Below are positions 19,447 through 29,552 of a DNA stretch of 64,000 bases, piece by piece (within the stretch, counting starts at the first letter, position 1; each line of letters begins with the position of its first letter). The notes beneath the pieces were generated by a model. The model saw only the letters and a list, made by a program, of their open reading frames with translations. It was not told the origin of the DNA and searched no databases. The stretch comes from a virus. A program made the position numbers and the translations under genes. The stretch is from positions 96,001-160,000 of IMG/VR virus record IMGVR_UViG_3300035698_026482; one strand, given 5' to 3'.

Positions 19447-20652
19447 TTATGTGAACTTAATAGAATTGATGCTAATGTTAACTGAATGCATATTTTCGCC
19501 GTCAAGCGGATCAAGAGGTAGCCAGGTTGATACAGAGCCGCTTGCCTGGGCATATTCAAGTGCCATCCAATCGCCTACACCTGTTACTTCAAAGATGCCG
19601 CTGAGATTGGCGCGATGTTGGCCGATCATATTAATGTAATCTGATTGCTGGAGTATTGTTGTGCCAAGTGATGATGTTAACCTAAAGCCTAGATAGTTGT
19701 CGATGCCAAGCGCATTGAACAATGCATCGATCTTATAGTATCCAGAGCTAACAAACGTGAATTGATTATTGACACGAGTGATGCCATCAACTATCACATC
19801 CTCAATGTTCGCCACGTTTGTTACATCATGCCATGTTGTTGATGACCATTGTAATGATCCAGAAGCAAATCCGTGATATACAGCTGCGTCAAATACTGAT
19901 ATGGACGAGCCGGTGACGGCGTGAATGGTGACAGCTCCATTACTTGCACTAGTAATGCGTACATTATCACCCGGCAACCATGCAGGTGAACCGTCAATGA
20001 GACGATGAAGAGATCCGGAAAAGCCCAATGACGCACTAACAAATCCACCAAATCCTGCGCTACCACCGACCGTAATAGAGCCTGTCTGGCTAACGCCTCC
20101 AACGCCTTCATCAACCCAGAGACCGGCCCCACCGCCGGTGCCTGATCCTGTTATCGCGTGAAATGTTACAGCACCGTTGCTTGCGCTTGTAATACGAATA
20201 TTGTCACCGGCAACAAAGGCAGACGAACCGTCGATTAACGTAGTATGTGATCCGGAAAACCCGAATTCAGCGATAAATGAGCCTGATGATAACGTGTCGC
20301 CACCAAATGCGGCGATACCAGAAATGCCTCTACCGCCAATCGATCCTGATACGTAAAAAGACGCATCGGGTAAGACGTCTTCGATTTTATTTGCTTGTCC
20401 TATAACGAGTGAACTCGTCGTGTATAGTGAGCTGCCAGATACGACCCAATCGGAATCAGCAACCGCTTCAATTGTCGCCGCCCATGTCGAACCGGCCGGG
20501 GTCGACGTCAAACAAACGTAAAGCCCGCCACCAGATAAAAGACAATGCTCGCCTACTTCAAGTTTATCGTCAAACGTAATAGCATCACGTTGCGCAGCGT
20601 TAGCTGCGCGCCATAGGCCCATGCCCTTAAATACGCCTTCTGGATATGCCAT
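19447..20652 (-). CDS. Tail-fibre-like protein with a duplicated 40-aa module
   Basis: Gly/Ser-rich. GFSGS..LIDGS....GDN.RITSASNGAVT.HA.TGS occurs at aa 131-170 and 210-249. Confidence 0.55.
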   Translation of the reverse strand: MAYPEGVFKGMGLWRAANAAQRDAITFDDKLEVGEHCLLSGGGLYVCLTSTPAGSTWAATIEAVADSDWVVSGSSLYTTSSLVIGQANKIEDVLPDASFYVSGSIGGRGISGIAAFGGDTLSSGSFIAEFGFSGSHTTLIDGSSAFVAGDNIRITSASNGAVTFHAITGSGTGGGAGLWVDEGVGGVSQTGSITVGGSAGFGGFVSASLGFSGSLHRLIDGSPAWLPGDNVRITSASNGAVTIHAVTGSSISVFDAAVYHGFASGSLQWSSTTWHDVTNVANIEDVIVDGITRVNNQFTFVSSGYYKIDALFNALGIDNYLGFRLTSSLGTTILQQSDYINMIGQHRANLSGIFEVTGVGDWMALEYAQASGSVSTWLPLDPLDGENMHSVNISINSIKFT

Positions 20653-20655
20653 GGG

Positions 20656-22302
20656 TTAAGTGTTCCCCGCAGAGCTAGCAATTGCATCGCTGCATGCAGA
20701 CCATGACGCGACCCAAAGCATATTATGGTTTGCGCTACCTGTGCAGTCAAGTGCAATTTCAGATCCAGTAATTACAAGATTCGTGCTCCAAGAGGTCGCC
20801 GTCGGTAGAGGTATTTCGGCTGTATATGATGATGAAATAATTGGTTTACTTAGATAATCGTATGTATAATCCGCATTCGCATCATCGGCATGCAAAAACA
20901 TCGCAAAATCTCTATTCCATCCACTTAGGCGCATCCTACGCGTATAAATAGCTTCAACCTGTCTTTGCTTAAGTGATCCTGTACTTCGCGCGAATGCAAC
21001 ACCCTGGATTTTAATATCGATCCATGCAAGCGCCCCATGATTCGGAAATACAGATCTTAATGTCGCCAGCCGCGTACCAGCTGCAATAAAGCTGCCCGTA
21101 CCGGTTGTTTCTTGAAAGATCGCTTCTGTAAATGATCCCGTTACTCTACATTGAGGAAATTCCCACCACTCTTGCGTGTTGCTAGCATTACCTCCATCGC
21201 TGGCAAGAACGCCAAATCCATTTGACGTTGTACCACCGGCGGCGACAAAATTTGTACGCTTAATATGAAAGCTTGGATAAGCCAAAAATGCGTATGTGTT
21301 AGCGGCGTTTGTTACTCCGCCTTCAATGCTTGCAATATTGCTTCCTGCCACACCGGGATTTAACCACAAATGACCTACATTTCCCGTATGAGCTTGTGTT
21401 TCTAGACCAGGCTGGACAGACGTGTCACCCCAGGGACCATGAATGCTATCGCCCAGTTCGGGCGGAGTATTGCGAACATGCAATGACGATGATGCTGTCC
21501 ACGCTGGCGCGCCACTTGAATATTCAACGTCGAATAACGTTACAACAGGTGTATCAATCGTTGCGGGTGCGGTCGAGCCATCGCCCGCAAACGGCGTTTC
21601 AATCTTTAGATTTGAAACATATGTTCGTGCCATACCAAAGTCGCCTTGAAACGTAGTCCCGACAAGATTTGTTGGCATGCCGGTCGACGACCGTCCCGAT
21701 AAACCAGCTTGAATAAATACGTTTCCACCGTACCCATCTGGTGTAGACGCTGAGGTGTGTATTCTACCACCCGTAATCAATGCGTTGCCTGCTGTTGAGC
21801 CCCCCTCGGTTGAACCGCCGCCTAGCCGTGCATCACCGCCGTCACCAGTTAGTGTACCAGACCCGCCTAAAAATGATGCAGCAGCTGCGTTTGCCGAAGT
21901 TGCAGTTGATCCGCCTATTATTGTTACAGGATGCGCAGCGTTAAGATCACCTGTTTCAACGCCAAGACCTCTAATAATACTACCGCCATTAAGTGTAGGA
22001 TGGTAGCCCTCTGAGTGTTCATCTGCCGCCAACACTGCTGCCCAATCCTGTGTGGTGGCGCCAATAATCGAACCACAAACGATAAGATTACCTGAAATAA
22101 CAGATGTCGAGTCACCACATAGTGAAAACAGTGGACCTGTCACCGTTAATACTGCGTCACATGGACTAATACCTACACGAAAGTGAGTAGGCGTTATAAC
22201 TTGCCTAATCTTGCCCGTATTTTTATCAGTTTGAACCAGAAATTTCTGGCCCAAAACGTCCTTCATTCGGGTTACTGATCTTGTTGCATTAGCTAATGGC
22301 AT
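20656..22302 (-). CDS. Tail-fibre-like Gly-rich protein
   Basis: GGSGTLTGDGGDARLGGGS...GYGGNVFIQAG low-complexity fibre-type segments. Confidence 0.5.
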   Translation of the reverse strand: MPLANATRSVTRMKDVLGQKFLVQTDKNTGKIRQVITPTHFRVGISPCDAVLTVTGPLFSLCGDSTSVISGNLIVCGSIIGATTQDWAAVLAADEHSEGYHPTLNGGSIIRGLGVETGDLNAAHPVTIIGGSTATSANAAAASFLGGSGTLTGDGGDARLGGGSTEGGSTAGNALITGGRIHTSASTPDGYGGNVFIQAGLSGRSSTGMPTNLVGTTFQGDFGMARTYVSNLKIETPFAGDGSTAPATIDTPVVTLFDVEYSSGAPAWTASSSLHVRNTPPELGDSIHGPWGDTSVQPGLETQAHTGNVGHLWLNPGVAGSNIASIEGGVTNAANTYAFLAYPSFHIKRTNFVAAGGTTSNGFGVLASDGGNASNTQEWWEFPQCRVTGSFTEAIFQETTGTGSFIAAGTRLATLRSVFPNHGALAWIDIKIQGVAFARSTGSLKQRQVEAIYTRRMRLSGWNRDFAMFLHADDANADYTYDYLSKPIISSSYTAEIPLPTATSWSTNLVITGSEIALDCTGSANHNMLWVASWSACSDAIASSAGNT

Positions 22303-22314
22303 ATAGTTTCACCA

Positions 22315-25236
22315 TTATGGACTGGCTAATGGAAGATTAAAATTACCAGGTGAAATTACATCAGGTATATCGACCTGAACTAGATCAACGCTTGGCTCTA
22401 TACCTCTGTTACGAGCATGACCATCAAAATACGGTAATGATGAAGTAGCAAATGCGCTTAAATTTGAACTATCTGTGTCTGCAGCATCTGGTAACGTAAA
22501 TCGTACTCTTACGGCTCCCTGACCTATGCCATTTCCTGCATAGCGAGTAAACTGTCTTTGTTCGAGCATGTCGCGAAATTGTCCAAAGTGATCACGACGA
22601 AATACCATCGACGAGTTTTGTGGCAATCCATTTTTTATTCCGTATTTCCATCCTTGGATTTCTACGTTCGGAGCCTTAATATAGCTATTCGTGCCGTCTG
22701 ATCCGGGAATTCCACCAAGCAATCTCATTTGCGGCGAGCCGTCAGCAATACCGGAATTAACAAGATTGTAATTCCTTCCCTTACCGAATCCATAAAATGC
22801 CTTAATGGCTATTTCTTGGCCGATGTAATTACCAGCGCTATTATTAAATAGCACAAATCCCGGACCAGGTGTATCTGTGAAATGCTTTGAAACAGTAAAT
22901 TTCTGACTAATAATGCTCACGTCAGTTGTTACGCCGGGGGCAAATGTTGTATTAACATACACAGTAGCGCTGGTATCAGACCCTGGATTACGTTGTCGAA
23001 TGATATCTGCATATTTTGATTCAAACGGAAATGATCTGTACCATTTTGTATTTGTTTCAATATCGCCCGGACCATTAGCTGGGCCAAGATGAATATAATT
23101 CCAGTCGTTATTATTCTGATTCCAAACTTCACCGCCATCGATGACAGTGATTTTTCCTGCCGGCGGTAATAGCGTATCGTAATATCTTTCGTTTGACGTT
23201 ATAAGGCGAACATTTCTAGAAAGTGAGCCTGTTGACGCTACGCCTATGGGCCGTGTTGTAACTGTGCTGGCGGCGACGCCTCGTGTATTAACAATCGTGC
23301 CATTTACAACGCCGAGTGTTCCCGTGATGATGTCATCAACATAGCTTCCCGAAAATACAACTGGAGCTTCAACGTCAAACTGGTCAAGCCCAATGCTATC
23401 GAAACTCAGCGTCTCATGGACACTCAGTGACGTAAGGGGCTGATTACCGCCATAATGAAATTCCTTTCGCGCCTTGATAAGCGATCCATACATCGTTAAT
23501 TCAATGTTACCAGCGCCGATTGCAAAATCATGCGACCCAGACAATTGTCCTAGAATTAGGTCTGATGCGCTGTGTAATAATTGTACGCTGCCTGTTGCAT
23601 GTTGATCGCGTACAGGCCTATACTTGCTCACGCTAAGTATAATTTTGTCGCCGGGCAAAAGCAAATAAGGTGATGCGCTGCTTTTTTCTATTGCAAAAAT
23701 ATCAAGCGATGGATCCGATGTACCTTCATATAGCGGATCAGGCGATGAAGCATAAGAAGGCGCAACATATTCCTTTCCCATGTAACTTCGACCCGAAGGT
23801 CGAAGATCCATCGCTCTACCAAATGGATTGATACCATAAACTAACGATGTATTAAATGTTGCCTGTTCATATGCGTTTGTCGGAACCTCTGTGTCGCCAG
23901 CAATTCCAGTATAACGATGTGATGAAATAACGCCGTTTGAGACAGCGGCATGAGCATGAAATTCTACTGTACCTGTGAATTGAGAATTTTCATCAGGCGT
24001 TATGACGACAGACGGAGTTCCAAATGACAGAAATCCTGCAGGTGTTGTATGGGCAGCGCCCGGGTCAGGTGCGTCTGTAGTTTGTACAATACCGACGTCC
24101 TCAAGATGTGTCATTGTATTCAGTGTAATAATATTATCGCCGCTTGGAATGATTACACCACTCAGAATTAGTTCCCGACGGTTATTCGCGTCTTGTCGTT
24201 GTAATGCAAAAGTAACAGCAGGGCCGCCTACATCTGCTATTGCGCCCGTGATGTCTGTTGAGACACCAACTGATTCACCGTATGTATAAGCTAAAAATTG
24301 CGTTTGTGTGTAATCCTGAAACCATGTCGGGCCAGCCTGGATCGGTAATTTAACATGCACCTTTTCCAACAAAAATGGATGCTGTATTTGGTTTAGCGTG
24401 ACTTGTTGATTATTCGTCGCCGCTAGCCTTTCGTTCAACAGGGCCGAGTCAGGACCTATAGTTGAAAGCAACGTATTCATAACACCATTTTCAACATCAA
24501 TAGCCGAAGTGTCGCCGAAATTTGTTCCCCCCAATTTATTGGTACCTGAAATAATGTTATTTCCGAACGGTCCAAATAAACGTGCATCAGTGCCGCCAAA
24601 GTTCACAATCGAGACATCACTATGCCACGATCCAAGGGCGCCAACATTAAGTGGTTTTCCAAGATCGCCAGGGTTAGTAACAGCATCACTATTACCAGCT
24701 CCCGCTAATTCAAATGTAGCATCAACTTCATTATAATATATCATTGATGCTGTCGTTGACAACATCGTATACGCAGACGCAACTGGTAGTGTTAACCTTA
24801 ACGTTGTTTTGGATGCCAGTCGGGATTCAAACCCGGGACCAACCAATAGAGGATCAGTTCCCGTTAAATAAAAATCAGTAAAACGACCCTGTTCAGGTAA
24901 TTGTGACTCAACAAATGCGCCTAATGCTTGGACGACTGTTGATTGTGTAATTAGCGAATCACTAACGCCTGCAGTTACACTGCCTGATACGTTTATAAAC
25001 TTCCCAGTTGGGTTCAGTGCTGAGTCATAATGTACCGAATCGCTTGACAAACGCTGTGGAAATGCTACGTTGCTCGCGGTCGTATAGACAATTGTTCGTC
25101 TATCATCGAATGGATCATTTTGCACTCCATTACGCGTTCTATCTCCCGTTCTTTTAATTGTGGGAAATGTGCCTGCCTTATTATCACGCATGCGCTGTAA
25201 CAAACGTGGCGGAACGCCTCTAAATGGTGTGCTCAT
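22315..25236 (-). CDS. Putative tail/baseplate structural protein
   Basis: 973-aa Thr/Ser/Gly-rich beta-type protein within the structural operon. Confidence 0.5.
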   Translation of the reverse strand: MSTPFRGVPPRLLQRMRDNKAGTFPTIKRTGDRTRNGVQNDPFDDRRTIVYTTASNVAFPQRLSSDSVHYDSALNPTGKFINVSGSVTAGVSDSLITQSTVVQALGAFVESQLPEQGRFTDFYLTGTDPLLVGPGFESRLASKTTLRLTLPVASAYTMLSTTASMIYYNEVDATFELAGAGNSDAVTNPGDLGKPLNVGALGSWHSDVSIVNFGGTDARLFGPFGNNIISGTNKLGGTNFGDTSAIDVENGVMNTLLSTIGPDSALLNERLAATNNQQVTLNQIQHPFLLEKVHVKLPIQAGPTWFQDYTQTQFLAYTYGESVGVSTDITGAIADVGGPAVTFALQRQDANNRRELILSGVIIPSGDNIITLNTMTHLEDVGIVQTTDAPDPGAAHTTPAGFLSFGTPSVVITPDENSQFTGTVEFHAHAAVSNGVISSHRYTGIAGDTEVPTNAYEQATFNTSLVYGINPFGRAMDLRPSGRSYMGKEYVAPSYASSPDPLYEGTSDPSLDIFAIEKSSASPYLLLPGDKIILSVSKYRPVRDQHATGSVQLLHSASDLILGQLSGSHDFAIGAGNIELTMYGSLIKARKEFHYGGNQPLTSLSVHETLSFDSIGLDQFDVEAPVVFSGSYVDDIITGTLGVVNGTIVNTRGVAASTVTTRPIGVASTGSLSRNVRLITSNERYYDTLLPPAGKITVIDGGEVWNQNNNDWNYIHLGPANGPGDIETNTKWYRSFPFESKYADIIRQRNPGSDTSATVYVNTTFAPGVTTDVSIISQKFTVSKHFTDTPGPGFVLFNNSAGNYIGQEIAIKAFYGFGKGRNYNLVNSGIADGSPQMRLLGGIPGSDGTNSYIKAPNVEIQGWKYGIKNGLPQNSSMVFRRDHFGQFRDMLEQRQFTRYAGNGIGQGAVRVRFTLPDAADTDSSNLSAFATSSLPYFDGHARNRGIEPSVDLVQVDIPDVISPGNFNLPLASP

Positions 25237-25239
25237 AAA

Positions 25240-26115
25240 TTAGTCCCCGATAGCCTTATAGCGCGTCAGACCACCAAATGCAATTGAATTGGTGCCACAT
25301 GGCGAATCATGATAAACGCTACCGGCGGTTGTTGATGTATTTCTAGATAATGCTTCAGAGACGGTTGATCCCGACAACTGCATTAACGCTGTCATAAAAT
25401 GTTCGCGCCCAGAACCTGACATAATTGTGCTCTTCGCAAGTGATGGTGTAACACCCCTAGTTTCGTCAAATGGTACTATCAACGTTTTTATTTCAGGACG
25501 TGGCACTGTTGCTTCAGGAAGATCTGATCCCGTTGTATTAATAATAATCCTAGGAAACGATGCTGCCAAGGTACCCACGTCGATAAACGGGCTCAATACA
25601 GATGGAGCATCGAAAGTTTTTTCCTGCAATACATTGTCACCCGCACGGTGACGATTGATATTACCTCCAGTAAATTGGCCACGAAATTGCTTTGTTACGA
25701 TATCCCGACCTGGATATAACACATTATTTCTAATTTCAAATGTTTCAATTGCTCCGTCAAACGACTCAATTAATCCATCATCGTCGCCAGCGCCTACGAA
25801 TGCATCTGTAACAGAAATACCACCACTCGCGAAGTGATCAATTACAGCTTCAATGTTAAATTGACTCTTATTATCAGCAAACGGATCACCATCGGAATAC
25901 ATTCCTGGCACACCAAATACTTGTCTTATAAGATGATGATTAAGGTTGCCTGCCCAAATCTTGGGTTGTGTACCACAATAACGGTGCTTGTTGGACCTCA
26001 GGGAAACACCCTGACGTACACAATCAATCAGCGAAGTATCAATACCACCAGACGCGGGTACATCGTCGGTTCTATTATTCGATTTTTCAACGTATGGTGG
26101 ATGTACGGCAGCCAT
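25240..26115 (-). CDS. Hypothetical structural protein
   Basis: 291-aa ORF coupled (TAATG overlap) to the upstream gene. Confidence 0.5.
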   Translation of the reverse strand: MAAVHPPYVEKSNNRTDDVPASGGIDTSLIDCVRQGVSLRSNKHRYCGTQPKIWAGNLNHHLIRQVFGVPGMYSDGDPFADNKSQFNIEAVIDHFASGGISVTDAFVGAGDDDGLIESFDGAIETFEIRNNVLYPGRDIVTKQFRGQFTGGNINRHRAGDNVLQEKTFDAPSVLSPFIDVGTLAASFPRIIINTTGSDLPEATVPRPEIKTLIVPFDETRGVTPSLAKSTIMSGSGREHFMTALMQLSGSTVSEALSRNTSTTAGSVYHDSPCGTNSIAFGGLTRYKAIGD

Positions 26116-29100
26116 TAATACCTTTTTATCTGTCCTGTGATTAATCGAAGAAGTAAGGTGCCCTTGAGACCATGTCGATTGTTAATTCCAATATACACGT
26201 CTTCGTACTGATATTGGAATTTGGGGCGCTCAAGCATATGTGATTCTACCACGAAACTCGTTCCAAGGAAACGTGTTTTCCTTGGAATTAACTGCTCAAT
26301 AAACATTCCAACAGATGCATCAAACCACTTAAAGAACTCAAAGAACGCCTTAAGATTAACTTTATCAGTTAGGCGATTGAAATAGATATCACGTAGCTCT
26401 TGCAGACTTGGATAATCTTCTGCAAAAATCAGTTCAGGATCACCAATTGCATTATCTAGAGAATCAAGTGTTGCAAAAATATTGATCATATCCTCATTTA
26501 ACGAATCAACAATCGAAATATCAATCGCAAATCGTGGATCATCTTCAGGAATTTCGCTAGGAGGTGATTCAAAAATGGGCGAAACCTGACCTCCATAACG
26601 TTGAACATTTTCAAAACTTTGAAAGCTCCTAATTCTTACTTTATTATTTGTAACAGCTTCGTCAAACTTTGGTGAAATAATGCTGTAGCGAAACGTTTCA
26701 GGTAGAATGATGGCTGTTGATGCTTGAAAGCCGGAACCTGTCAGATGCAACCCATTTTGCGAGAAATCAAAAATCGAAAGCTCGCCGGCGCCGTTAGATT
26801 GCGTAACTATTTGATCAGTTGATGCATCAATTCGTATGCGTTCAAATGATCCAGATTCAGTTGTTATGAAATTGAAGTTTTTTAGTGGATTCTCGACGCC
26901 AAGCGAACGATAATTCTGTGCATGTTCTCTAGTTTCATTAAGTGTTAAGCCCTTCGACCAAAAACGTAAATGCCCTAAACGACCGTTAAACGCAACAACT
27001 GTTTCATCTGTTCCAGTAAGAAATTCAGAAGAAGTATCAAAAGTTTGCAATCCGTATCCAAGCGTGGGACCTTGTGCATTATACGTTGCTGTTATATGTT
27101 GCAGCGTATTCATATCTTGGTTACTTGACGCATTCTCAAGAAACAATGATGATGTCACATGTTCTTCGTAGATTGTACCATTTGATTGACGAATTGCCCT
27201 AATAAAATACGATGATGAAAAATTCGATTCAAGTTCTGCAGCTGGTTCATCGTTTCTATTTCTGCCAAAAGATACATGCCATTGTTCGCCATCGTATACG
27301 TTGACGCCAGTTAATTGTAATTGTAGCTTGTTTGCATCATTACCGAAACCCGGCTTACCGTATAGCGTTAACGACGCAGAATTAGGCATCGATGATGAAA
27401 GGGCAAGAAGGTTGAACGTCAGTCCATATGCCGTCAATGCCGATCCAGTGACGGTCATGCGCGCTAGGCTTTGTGTCGTTGCATTAGCGCTAGTAATGGG
27501 AAATCTATAAATCCCCTCAACAGTCCAGGAACCTGATGTGAAGCAACCATCATCAGGTGATGATGAAACGAGCGGCCAGCCTGGCTCGACTCTTGTACCT
27601 GATAACGGTGGAGAAACTAGCGAGAAGGTATCTTCTGATCCCGAAGTTTCTAATAACGTTGATACGTTTGTTTTATTTTCACGAGAGGCTCCTAACTTAC
27701 CTACCTTTGGGCCCCCGAATTCTCTAATTCTAAAATTCTGATCAGGCTCAATGCCAAGCGTTCTAATAAACGACTTAACGCTATGAATTGTACCTTTCGA
27801 CCGAACAATTTCAGTTAAATTCGCCAAAATTCGACGCCAAATTTCGTTTTGTACTTGCTGTAAAGAAAGTTCGCCGACACTGGCGGTGCGATCTAGATTA
27901 TCTGCATTGATAAATTGTTCAAATGTAGCATTTGAAAACATACCTGGAAGCTCAAATCCATAGTATGACGCAACAAACGGTAGCAATTGATCTGGCGCAA
28001 CGTCGAAGTCTTCGTAATCGACAAAGATTGATTTACCGAAGGCGTCAAGAAATAATTTGACCTCATCGAAGTGTTTTGCAATTGTGTACAAGAACGCAGA
28101 TAGTAGTTGTGCAGTACCGAGCTCACCCTCGCCAGGGATACCATCACCGCCGTATTCATCGCCGATGTTCCCGTCTTCGGTTTCTAGTGCCTCATATGCC
28201 TGGCCTTCCAGGAAGTAATGTTTTGGAACTAGCTTCGTGATTAAATTTGGATTTTCATCATCGTATGTGCTAGCAGTTAAAAGCAGTGATGAGTTTAGAT
28301 CGGCGACAGCACCATATGACGGGAAAAGAACCGGGCTATTTGACAGCCTCTCATGAGTCATAGGATTGACCAGGGAGCCTGTCTCGCGTAGGGCTATGGA
28401 ATATCCACCCTCATTAATATAAGAGTGGAGGGACTGTCCTGAGCTGTCTAGGACGATCCTATTGGTGCTATCACCTGACGTCGAAGCGAGGGACCCAGAA
28501 GGTTCGTTGAATTTGTAATATAGGCGTAAATTGTCTTGCGCGAAAATCGATTTTTTAGCATACGCAACCTGATCAGTCAATGTTCTAATATCATGGAAAA
28601 TTCTTAGTTCATCTAACGATCCAGACAATGTCGCGGCAGGTACAAAGCTTCCCGTTGTTGTATCGGTGATTGAACCAGAGCCAATATACATCGATGATAG
28701 GGTGAAATCTATGGTCCCCATGTTTATGCTAGTCGAGCTTGTTGCGATCAATTGCTCATTGGCATAAAGATATAACTTGTTTTCTCCGGGTTCGCGATCA
28801 TATGCAGCGACGAGGTGTGTGAACGCGCCCTTATCAATAGCACCTGTTACTGATATTAGCGCTGACGCGCTAGCAAATGCTAGCATTACATTCGCCTTAT
28901 TCGTTGATCCAGTCGCAACCAGTCCTAGTGTGAACCCGTTGTTCGAACCTGACAACTTTTGTAAGATGACTTGGTTGTCATTTATCCCTGTTGGCACATG
29001 CAATTGCATTTCAAATGCCATCGAACCAAGCCCTGGATCTAATGCAGAACGTCCCGTCTGCGTTTTAGATAATGCTGGAAATGTAACGCCTGCGTGATCT

Positions 29101-29543
29101 ATTACTTCAATATATGATCCGCACGACGCTCCCGTCGAACCGGAAAAATTTAGATAACCAATATTCTTTGGGAACTCATCATAAACCCATTTTTCAAATC
29201 CTGTCAGTCCATCGAAAAAAGCTTCCAGTTCTTTTCTTGATCCGTCAAATGGAAATTTGTTGATAATAGCCTCAAACGCCACATTGACAGCAACTTCAGC
29301 GGAGTTAAAGAAAACATGATTTTGAAACTGTGACCAATCAACGCGTAATTGCTGTGTTGATTTCATACCCGTGCCGGGTGGGTCATATCTAAACGACGTA
29401 GAGCTAAGCAGATTGGTGTCTTCAAAATCACTTAAACTATACTTTTGTATTGAGGCACCCTTTTCTAATGCCGCCCTAGTAAAGGCAGGTACAAAAACAC
29501 CTGGTCTATCAAACTTAAGTACGTTGTCGCTATTGTCGCCCAT
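26115..29543 (-). CDS. Baseplate-wedge-like protein with two LamG domains
   Basis: Two LamG-like units (FTHLVAAYD...LDELRIFH; WHVSFGR...LGHLRFWSK) and IVRSKGTIHSVKSFIRTLG, a motif typical of baseplate wedge/P2 gpI-like proteins. Confidence 0.6.
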   Translation of the reverse strand: MGDNSDNVLKFDRPGVFVPAFTRAALEKGASIQKYSLSDFEDTNLLSSTSFRYDPPGTGMKSTQQLRVDWSQFQNHVFFNSAEVAVNVAFEAIINKFPFDGSRKELEAFFDGLTGFEKWVYDEFPKNIGYLNFSGSTGASCGSYIEVIDHAGVTFPALSKTQTGRSALDPGLGSMAFEMQLHVPTGINDNQVILQKLSGSNNGFTLGLVATGSTNKANVMLAFASASALISVTGAIDKGAFTHLVAAYDREPGENKLYLYANEQLIATSSTSINMGTIDFTLSSMYIGSGSITDTTTGSFVPAATLSGSLDELRIFHDIRTLTDQVAYAKKSIFAQDNLRLYYKFNEPSGSLASTSGDSTNRIVLDSSGQSLHSYINEGGYSIALRETGSLVNPMTHERLSNSPVLFPSYGAVADLNSSLLLTASTYDDENPNLITKLVPKHYFLEGQAYEALETEDGNIGDEYGGDGIPGEGELGTAQLLSAFLYTIAKHFDEVKLFLDAFGKSIFVDYEDFDVAPDQLLPFVASYYGFELPGMFSNATFEQFINADNLDRTASVGELSLQQVQNEIWRRILANLTEIVRSKGTIHSVKSFIRTLGIEPDQNFRIREFGGPKVGKLGASRENKTNVSTLLETSGSEDTFSLVSPPLSGTRVEPGWPLVSSSPDDGCFTSGSWTVEGIYRFPITSANATTQSLARMTVTGSALTAYGLTFNLLALSSSMPNSASLTLYGKPGFGNDANKLQLQLTGVNVYDGEQWHVSFGRNRNDEPAAELESNFSSSYFIRAIRQSNGTIYEEHVTSSLFLENASSNQDMNTLQHITATYNAQGPTLGYGLQTFDTSSEFLTGTDETVVAFNGRLGHLRFWSKGLTLNETREHAQNYRSLGVENPLKNFNFITTESGSFERIRIDASTDQIVTQSNGAGELSIFDFSQNGLHLTGSGFQASTAIILPETFRYSIISPKFDEAVTNNKVRIRSFQSFENVQRYGGQVSPIFESPPSEIPEDDPRFAIDISIVDSLNEDMINIFATLDSLDNAIGDPELIFAEDYPSLQELRDIYFNRLTDKVNLKAFFEFFKWFDASVGMFIEQLIPRKTRFLGTSFVVESHMLERPKFQYQYEDVYIGINNRHGLKGTLLLRLITGQIKRY

Positions 29544-29552
29544 TAAATTCCG

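Noticed and set aside
19397-19639. 80-aa plus-strand ORF with hydrophobic start
   Set aside because: Mostly antisense to the fibre gene with no supporting motif.
19906-20262. Diversity-generating retroelement TR/VR pair
   Set aside because: Copies are in-frame within one gene, differ mainly at synonymous positions rather than adenines only, and no reverse transcriptase is in the window.
28100-28520. Apparent local shift in codon usage inside the 1142-aa gene
   Set aside because: Visual impression only; the frame is intact and it could not be quantified here.
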